Below, one piece after another: positions 57,463 through 64,000 of a DNA stretch of 64,000 nucleotides. The position numbers were made by a program, and so were the translations under genes. The notes beneath the pieces were generated by a model that saw only the letters and a program-made list of their open reading frames with translations, did not search any database and was not told the origin of the DNA. Within the stretch, counting starts at the first letter, position 1. Each line of letters opens with the position of its first letter. This DNA is from an uncultured Gammaproteobacteria bacterium (lineage in GTDB: Bacteria; Patescibacteriota; Patescibacteriia; Magasanikbacterales; UBA922). Location: the NCBI GenBank assembly GCA_964519725.1, contig CAZFKS010000006.1, positions 355-64,354 of the forward strand. The letters are read 5' to 3'.

Positions 57463-58094
57463 CTCAACCAATTGTTGTAATCATTGATTATGGCGTGGGA
57501 AATTTGCACAGCTTAGCGCGCGCGTTCCGGGCGGTTGGAGCAAACCCAATTATTTCCAGTGATCCTGAAATGATTAAAACCGCCCCTCGGTTAGTTTTGC
57601 CTGGTGTAGGTGCGTTTGCGGCTGGCATGCACGGGCTTCAGGAACGCGGCCTAGAAGCCGCAGTCTTAGCGGCCGCAGCTAGAAACATCCCAATTTTAGG
57701 GATTTGTTTAGGGGCGCAGCTACTTTTGACTGAAGGCCATGAATTTGGTATTTTTAAAGGGTTAAATTTGATTCCTGGTACAGTGGAACGTTTCCCTGAT
57801 TTGCCAGAAAAAGAGAAAATTCCTCATATGGGTTGGAATCAAATTACCCCAGCCTCAGGTAAGGAATGGTCAGACACTATTTTATCAGGCACAGAAGGAA
57901 AAGAAACGTATTTTCTCCATTCTTATATTTTGCGCCCGACAGACAAACAAGATTGTTTGTCAGAAACAACGTATGGTGGCTACACTTTTTGTTCAGTGGT
58001 TAAAAAAAATAACATTACTGGTTGTCAGTTTCATCCAGAAAAAAGTGGTGAAGTTGGTTTAGAAATTATTAGAAATTTTTCCAAGAGCGTATGA
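57459..58094 (+). CDS. HisH-like glutamine amidotransferase (WbuY-like)
   Basis: IDYGVGN, LPGVG, GICLG, QFHPEKS. Confidence 0.92.
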   Translation: MTQPIVVIIDYGVGNLHSLARAFRAVGANPIISSDPEMIKTAPRLVLPGVGAFAAGMHGLQERGLEAAVLAAAARNIPILGICLGAQLLLTEGHEFGIFKGLNLIPGTVERFPDLPEKEKIPHMGWNQITPASGKEWSDTILSGTEGKETYFLHSYILRPTDKQDCLSETTYGGYTFCSVVKKNNITGCQFHPEKSGEVGLEIIRNFSKSV

Positions 58095-59278
58095 GTTTAA
58101 ATACTCTGGATAAGCAATTAAGTGAACAGCAAGCTGAAGTTTTTTATTGCACTAAATGTGTAGTTTCTAACCAACGCCCGCGGGTAACTTTTGATGAAAA
58201 TGGAGTGTGTGCCGCGTGTCAGTACGCTGAGATTAAACATCAGCGCATTGATTGGGCTGCTCGCGAAGCTGAACTAAAAGTTTTACTGGATAAACACCGT
58301 TCGACTGACGGTAGTTTTGATGTTGTAGTGCCTGGTAGTGGTGGCAAAGACAGCGCGTACGTAGCTCATCTTTTAAAGACTGAATATGGAATGCACCCGC
58401 TCGTTGTGACCTGGGCTCCATTTATTTACACTGAGATTGGGTGGAAGAATTTTCAAAATTTTATCCAAGCTGGTTTTACTGATTTAAATTGTTTTCCTGA
58501 CGCGACTATTCACCGCAAATTAGCCCGGATTGCCTTTGAATTAAAAGGTGATGCTTGGGAACCATTTGGCTATGGTCAAAAATCTTACGCTTTTCACATT
58601 GCCACCAAATTTAAAATTCCACTTATTTTTTACGGAGAAAATGGAGAAGCAGAATATGGCGGGTCACTGCAAAATGCTTATAAACCCTACGAATCAGTGG
58701 AAGATTGGGAGCGTTTATATTACAAAGGTTCGGGGGTTGACGCTTTGGCTGAAGCAGGTCTTGAAATGGGAATTTTTAAACCAGGCGAAATTGAGCCACA
58801 CACGTTAGATTTGTACAAAGCTCCACCTCTTGAAGAAATCAATAAACTGGGTATCCAGATGCACTGGATGTCATATTACCGCAAGTGGGTGCCACAGGAA
58901 AATTTTTACTACGCGCAAAAAAATACTGGTTTTACTACTAATGAAGATGGTCGTTCAGAAGGTACGTATTCTAAATATGCTAGTCTGGATGATAAAACTG
59001 ATGGTTTTCATTTTTATCTTGGTTTTATTAAGTTTGGTTTAGGACGAGCCACTCGCGACGCCATGATGGAAATTCGGTCTGGGCATATTACCCGTGAAGA
59101 AGCCGTGGCTCTAGTTCGCCGGTATGATGGCGAATTTCCAAAAAAATATTTTAAAGAATTTTTAGAATACTTGAATATTACTGAAGAAAAATTTTGGGAA
59201 GTGGTTGATCGCTACCGTGCGCCACATCTTTGGGAAAAAGTTAATGGTGAGTGGAAATTAAAATATCAAGTTGAATAA
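58091..59278 (+). CDS. N-acetyl sugar amidotransferase (WbuX/PseA/PtmG-like)
   Basis: CTKC...RP...CAAC, SGGKDS PP-loop, YGENGEAEYGG, KFGLGRAT. Confidence 0.92.
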   Translation: MSLNTLDKQLSEQQAEVFYCTKCVVSNQRPRVTFDENGVCAACQYAEIKHQRIDWAAREAELKVLLDKHRSTDGSFDVVVPGSGGKDSAYVAHLLKTEYGMHPLVVTWAPFIYTEIGWKNFQNFIQAGFTDLNCFPDATIHRKLARIAFELKGDAWEPFGYGQKSYAFHIATKFKIPLIFYGENGEAEYGGSLQNAYKPYESVEDWERLYYKGSGVDALAEAGLEMGIFKPGEIEPHTLDLYKAPPLEEINKLGIQMHWMSYYRKWVPQENFYYAQKNTGFTTNEDGRSEGTYSKYASLDDKTDGFHFYLGFIKFGLGRATRDAMMEIRSGHITREEAVALVRRYDGEFPKKYFKEFLEYLNITEEKFWEVVDRYRAPHLWEKVNGEWKLKYQVE

Positions 59279-59279
59279 T

Positions 59280-60020
59280 ATGTCTAAACCCGAGGTGCTG
59301 GCGATTATTCCGGCGAGACTTGGCTCTAAACGAATCCCGCTAAAAAATATTAAAAATTTTTTAGGTAAGCCTTTATTGGCTTACACCATTGAGCAGGCCC
59401 GGAAAACTCCGTTTATTACCCGGGTCATTGTTGATACTGACTCACCAAAAATTGCGGCCATCGCCAAAAAATATGGGGCAGAAGTCCCATTCTTGCGTCC
59501 TGCTCACTTAGCGACTGATACAGCCAAAGTGTATGATAGTTTTGAACATGCCCTGCACAAATTAAAAAAAGATGAAGGGTACACCCCTGATTACCTGGTG
59601 ATTTTGCAAACCACCTCACCACTTCGTGAATTAAAAGACATTACCGCGTGCTGGGAGATGATCCAAAAAACCAAGGCCACCACTGTGCTCACCGTTTGTC
59701 CGACTCACCCACGGTTGTATCACTTAAGCAAAACTAATGATATTGAGCTGGTTAATGGGACTGAGAAATTGTCTACTAATATGCAGGCCTGGCCAGCTGG
59801 ATACCTACTCAATGGCTGTTTTGTGTACATTGTTAAAACCAAAGTTTTACTCAAAGAAAAAGTAATTATTACCAAAAAAACCAAAGCTGTGGTTTGTCCC
59901 AAGTGGCGCTCAGTGGATTTAGATACGCCAGAAGAGTGGGTGATGGCTGAAGTGCTTTATAAAAATCAAGCAAAAATTAAAGCCCAATTGAAAAAAATGG
60001 GCGCCACTGATTCTTTATGA
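59280..60020 (+). CDS. neuA: Acylneuraminate cytidylyltransferase (NeuA family)
   Basis: IIPARLGSKRIPLKN, PFLRP, LQTTSPLR, VDLDT. Confidence 0.92.
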   Translation: MSKPEVLAIIPARLGSKRIPLKNIKNFLGKPLLAYTIEQARKTPFITRVIVDTDSPKIAAIAKKYGAEVPFLRPAHLATDTAKVYDSFEHALHKLKKDEGYTPDYLVILQTTSPLRELKDITACWEMIQKTKATTVLTVCPTHPRLYHLSKTNDIELVNGTEKLSTNMQAWPAGYLLNGCFVYIVKTKVLLKEKVIITKKTKAVVCPKWRSVDLDTPEEWVMAEVLYKNQAKIKAQLKKMGATDSL

Positions 60021-60952
60021 TTGGTTTAATTGGGTTTGGGTCAATTGGTGAAAGGCACTACCAAAATTTAATTGCGGCTGGTGAAAAGGTCGTGGTTTTT
60101 TCGGCACGTAATGATTTATCAAATATTACCGCCACTAATAAGTGGACCGAATTTCAGAAACTTGGTCCATACCAAGCCGTTTTTATTTGCAATGAAACAG
60201 CCAAACATTTGCAGACTATTAAAAAAGTAATGGCCCTTAAACCCCAGGCAATTTTTATTGAAAAACCGCTCAGTCATAACTCAGTTGGTTTACGTAATTT
60301 AGCCAAAGAATTGCAAAAACAAAAGATTAGTTTATGGGTGGGTTATAATATGCATTTTTTGCGCCCGCTCATGCGCATTAAAGAAATTATTACTAGTAAA
60401 AAAATTGGAAAAGTTTTGTATTTGCGCGCTGCTGTAGGACAAGATTTGCGTGAGTGGCGCAAACGTGATTATAAACAAATTTACTCAGCCAAGAAAAAAG
60501 GCGGTGGTGGTGTGCTACTGGATTTAGTGCATGATTTAAATTACCCAGCCTGGTTACTTGGTGAAACGTTAATTCCTAAAGCCGCCCTGGTCAGAAAATC
60601 TTCCTCATTAGCAATTGATGTTGAAGATTCAGCTGATAGTTTACTCGCCACCAAAAGCGGCACCATTGTTTCTGTACACCAAGATTATTGTCGCGTGCCA
60701 GGTAAGCGCACTCTGGAAGTTCAGGGCGAAAAGGGGAGTATAGAGTGGGATTCGCTCACTAATTCAGTGATTATCGCCACCAAAGATAAACGAATTGAAG
60801 AAAAATTTAATTTAGATCGTAACGAAATGTACACGGCTGAGTTGGCCTTTTTCCTTAAACAATTGCGCGGTAAAAAATATTTCTCTAATCTGGCTGAAGC
60901 TGTTACAGACGTAATCAATATTGAAAAAATCAAACAGTATGGAAAGAAATAA
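60017..60952 (+). CDS. Gfo/Idh/MocA oxidoreductase
   Basis: GFGSIGERH, FIEKP, GGGVLLDLVHD. Confidence 0.9.
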   Translation: MIGLIGFGSIGERHYQNLIAAGEKVVVFSARNDLSNITATNKWTEFQKLGPYQAVFICNETAKHLQTIKKVMALKPQAIFIEKPLSHNSVGLRNLAKELQKQKISLWVGYNMHFLRPLMRIKEIITSKKIGKVLYLRAAVGQDLREWRKRDYKQIYSAKKKGGGGVLLDLVHDLNYPAWLLGETLIPKAALVRKSSSLAIDVEDSADSLLATKSGTIVSVHQDYCRVPGKRTLEVQGEKGSIEWDSLTNSVIIATKDKRIEEKFNLDRNEMYTAELAFFLKQLRGKKYFSNLAEAVTDVINIEKIKQYGKK

Positions 60953-61940
60953 ATTTAGTTTTTTACAGGTTGGCCTGGGGTCAATGGGTAAGCGCCGGAT
61001 TCGTAACTTACTTTTTCATGGTATCCCTAAAGAGCAAATTTTTGGTTTTGATCCAAGTCCAGAAAGAGCGGCTGAAGTCACGGAAAAATACGGGGTGCAA
61101 ACATTCACCGATTTAGCTGAAGCTGAAAAACAAAATCCCGCTGTCTATGTAATTTCTACCCCACCAAACCGACATTTAGAATATTGTTTGCGCGCGGCTG
61201 AGCAGAAAAAACATTTTTTTGTGGAAGTCGGGGTCGATGATCAGGGTTATGATAAACTGGCCAGCCTATTAGATAATTCATTTGTCGCTGCGCCATCCTG
61301 CACGTTTCGGTATTTGCCACCAGTAAAAAAAATTACTGAATTAGTGGCTGAGGAAAAAATTGGTAAAGTATTAACTTTTACCTATCATTTGGGGCAGTAT
61401 TTACCAGATTGGCACCCTTGGGAAGATTACCGTAAAGTATATTTTGCGCAAAAAGAAACCAGTGCTTGCCGTGAAATGTTTGTGTTTGAGTTGATTTGGT
61501 TAACTAAGGTTTTAGGTACTCAGATTAAAAAAGTGTACGGCGGTTTTACTGGACGCATTTCTGAATTAGAAATGACGGCTGATGATTTATCAGCCTCTGT
61601 GCTAGGTTTTGAAAATGGAGTGGTTGGGTCAATGGTAATTGAAGTTTTAGCGCGCACACCATTCCGCACTCTTCGCCTCATTGGTACTGAAGGGGTTTTA
61701 GAGTGGGAATGGAAAGCCAATCAAATTCGAATTTTCGAAAAGAAAACTGAAGCCTGGGAAACGATTTCTTTGGTTGAGGGTAAAAAGGAAGCAGGTTATG
61801 TGACCACTGAAGACATGTATGAGGAAGAAATGAATGTCTTTTTGAGTGCGTTAGAAGGTAAGGCACCATATCCATATACCTTTACTGAAGACCAAAAAAT
61901 AATTCAAGCCCTGCGTGCGCTTGAAAAACCATACCTTTAA
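60939..61940 (+). CDS. Gfo/Idh/MocA oxidoreductase
   Basis: ATG 60939; GLGSMGKRR, STPP, GQYLPDWHPWEDYR. Confidence 0.88.
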   Translation: MERNKFSFLQVGLGSMGKRRIRNLLFHGIPKEQIFGFDPSPERAAEVTEKYGVQTFTDLAEAEKQNPAVYVISTPPNRHLEYCLRAAEQKKHFFVEVGVDDQGYDKLASLLDNSFVAAPSCTFRYLPPVKKITELVAEEKIGKVLTFTYHLGQYLPDWHPWEDYRKVYFAQKETSACREMFVFELIWLTKVLGTQIKKVYGGFTGRISELEMTADDLSASVLGFENGVVGSMVIEVLARTPFRTLRLIGTEGVLEWEWKANQIRIFEKKTEAWETISLVEGKKEAGYVTTEDMYEEEMNVFLSALEGKAPYPYTFTEDQKIIQALRALEKPYL

Positions 61941-61941
61941 T

Positions 61942-62997
61942 ATGAACACTCTTGTCGTCGGCCACAAAAAAATCGGTCCACCTGAACCAGTGTTTATTAT
62001 TGCTGAGGCTGGGGTAAATCATAATGGTGATTTGGAACTGGCGAAAAAATTAATTGCTGTGGCGGCTGAAGCTGGAGCTGACGCAGTTAAATTTCAAACA
62101 TTTAGTGCTGAAAATCTAGTCACTGGCACGGCTGACCAAGCCGAATATCAACGTAAAAATATTGGCAAAACTGAATCGCAGTTTGAGATGTTAAAGCGTC
62201 TTGAACTACCGAAAGCGTGGCACAGTGAGTTGCAAACTTATGCAACAGAAAAGAATATATTATTTTTGTCAACACCGTTTTCTGAACCAGACGCTGATTT
62301 TTTGGAAACTTTAAATTTACCAGCTTATAAAATCCCATCTGGTGAAATAAATAATCTGCCCTATTTGCACCACATTGCGAAAAAAAATCGGCCCATGATT
62401 ATCTCGACTGGTATGTCAACCTTGGCCGAAGTAAAAACCGCGGTTAAAACAGTACAAGCAGCTGGTAATAATGAAATTATTATTTTACATAGTACTTCTA
62501 ATTATCCACCTAGTTTGGCTAGTTTAAATTTGTTGGCTATTAGCACACTTCAAGCTGAATTCCCTGATTGTTTAGTTGGTTATTCAGATAATGGTGCGCC
62601 GGGTGTGGCCCCAGAAATTATCGCCACCACCCTGGGTGCTTGCGTGATTGAAAAACATTTTACTCTGGACAAAACCATGGCTGGTCCAGACCACCTGGCT
62701 TCTTTGGGCCCCACTGAACTTAAAGAAATGGTACAAGCAATTCGTCAGACAACTACGATGCTGGGTAATGGTGTTAAGGAATGTCAGCCAGAAGAAATTT
62801 CAATCAAAGCCATGGCACGGAAAAGTTTGATTAGTAAACATGAAATTTCTGCTGGTCAGGTGCTTACTCTTAATGATATTATTATAAAGCGTCCGGGTAA
62901 TGGCATTCCACCAACAGAGCTGGAACGGGTGATTGGAAAAAAAACTAACACCATTATTCCGGCTGATACAGTGATTACTTGGGAACAACTAGTATGA
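61942..62997 (+). CDS. neuB: N-acetylneuraminate/legionaminate synthase (NeuB family)
   Basis: ATG 61942; IAEAGVNHNG, ADAVKFQ, ISTGM, IEKHFTLD, GPDH, C-terminal SAF domain. Confidence 0.95.
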   Translation: MNTLVVGHKKIGPPEPVFIIAEAGVNHNGDLELAKKLIAVAAEAGADAVKFQTFSAENLVTGTADQAEYQRKNIGKTESQFEMLKRLELPKAWHSELQTYATEKNILFLSTPFSEPDADFLETLNLPAYKIPSGEINNLPYLHHIAKKNRPMIISTGMSTLAEVKTAVKTVQAAGNNEIIILHSTSNYPPSLASLNLLAISTLQAEFPDCLVGYSDNGAPGVAPEIIATTLGACVIEKHFTLDKTMAGPDHLASLGPTELKEMVQAIRQTTTMLGNGVKECQPEEISIKAMARKSLISKHEISAGQVLTLNDIIIKRPGNGIPPTELERVIGKKTNTIIPADTVITWEQLV

Positions 62998-64000
62998 GTT
63001 TAAAACGAGCCACAATTTTAGTAGTGACTGGTACTCGGGCTGAGTATGGTCTTTTTAGCTCTACGTTTGCAGAGTTGAAAAAGAGTAAGGTTCTAAATTA
63101 CCGCGTTTTAGTGACCGGTAGTCACACCTTGCGGCGTTATGGCAATACAATTCAAGAAATTCGCAAAGATAAAGAGCGAATTGATGCGATTGTTCCAGTG
63201 CGTGAGTTCGACACTATGGTTGAGTGTTTGGCGACTGAGATGATTGGGATTGAAAAATATTTAGTAAAAAATAAGCCAGAGCTTGTTTTGGTACTGGGTG
63301 ATCGGGATGAACCTTTGGCTGCGGCACTAGCCGCGGCTCACCACGGTATCCCAGTCGTTCATGTGCATGGTGGTGATGTTACGGCCGGTGTGGTTGATGA
63401 TGCGATTAGAGCCATGCTCACCAAAATTGCTAGTCTACACTTTGCTATTTCACCACGCAGTGCGAATAATATTTTTACTTTGGGTGAAGAAAAATGGCGC
63501 ATTCATGTGGTTGGCGCCCCAGGTCTAGATGCGCTCCGCACCATGAAATTTCCCAATCGTACTGCTTTAGCCAAACAGTATGGTCTTGATCCGAAGAAGC
63601 CTTGGTATTTAGTGCTGCAGCACCCAACCCCACTTGACTCTCTGTCCGCAGACAAACAAATTAAACCTATTTTAGACGTGATGCAAAAAATTGAGGGAGA
63701 AAAAATTGCTATTTTTCCTAACACTGACACTGGTTCTCGTACCATTATTAGCGCGCTTAGTAAACTTAAGAAAAAATCTGATTGGCATTTGTTTCCTAAT
63801 TTGCCGCGCCAAACTTACTTAAGTTTCCTTAAATATTCCGCAGCTTTGGTTGGTAACTCAAGTTCAGGTATTATTGAGTCAACATTTTTCAAAATTCCAG
63901 TGATTAATATTGGGAATCGTCAGCGCGGCCGCGAATGTGGGGCCAATGTTTTGCACGTTGGTTACTCGGCAACAGAAATTAGAACTGCGTTAGCCAAAAT
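62994..64000 (+). CDS. neuC: Hydrolysing UDP/GDP-sugar 2-epimerase (NeuC family), 3' end outside window
   Basis: Not in ORF track. Manual translation MSLKRATILVVTGTRAEYG...LGDRDE...HVHGGD...GNSSSGIIE...NIGNRQRGR. Confidence 0.92.
   Translation, partial: MSLKRATILVVTGTRAEYGLFSSTFAELKKSKVLNYRVLVTGSHTLRRYGNTIQEIRKDKERIDAIVPVREFDTMVECLATEMIGIEKYLVKNKPELVLVLGDRDEPLAAALAAAHHGIPVVHVHGGDVTAGVVDDAIRAMLTKIASLHFAISPRSANNIFTLGEEKWRIHVVGAPGLDALRTMKFPNRTALAKQYGLDPKKPWYLVLQHPTPLDSLSADKQIKPILDVMQKIEGEKIAIFPNTDTGSRTIISALSKLKKKSDWHLFPNLPRQTYLSFLKYSAALVGNSSSGIIESTFFKIPVINIGNRQRGRECGANVLHVGYSATEIRTALAK

Noticed and set aside
56704-58094. hisF/hisH as histidine biosynthesis genes
   Set aside because: No other his genes; adjacency to an N-acetyl sugar amidotransferase indicates glycan-modification paralogues.

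Overview
AT-rich bacterial chromosome segment whose style suggests Patescibacteria/CPR, possibly Magasanikbacteria-like (inference from gene content, tight packing and starts lacking Shine-Dalgarno motifs). 1-6 kb (minus strand): a partial GT4 gene and a putative prenylated-peptide signalling locus, ordered OmpR regulator, unannotated 36-aa ComX-like peptide ending PTWSG, sensor kinase, then two divergent isoprenoid-synthase-fold proteins. 6-8.6 kb (minus): a GC-rich, Cys/Asp-rich predicted lipoprotein preceded by a dense non-coding block. That block has three sigma70-like promoters, an atypical tRNA (Cys anticodon on an Ala-type G3.U70/A73 acceptor) and a small transcript whose 5' end is antisense to the 5' half of that tRNA. 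8.6-17 kb: an Ig-like membrane protein, an HTH protein, an ECF sigma/anti-sigma pair and a 1257-aa S-layer-like protein with a structured leader. 17-64 kb: a very large surface-glycan cluster with an O-antigen-ligase-like transferase, many GT4/GT2/GT-C enzymes, methyl-, acyl- and amido-transferases, gmd, a sulfate-activation module containing a pyruvate kinase-ATP sulfurylase fusion, and a nonulosonic acid pathway running off the window end. All calls come from reading motifs by eye; no database searches were run.
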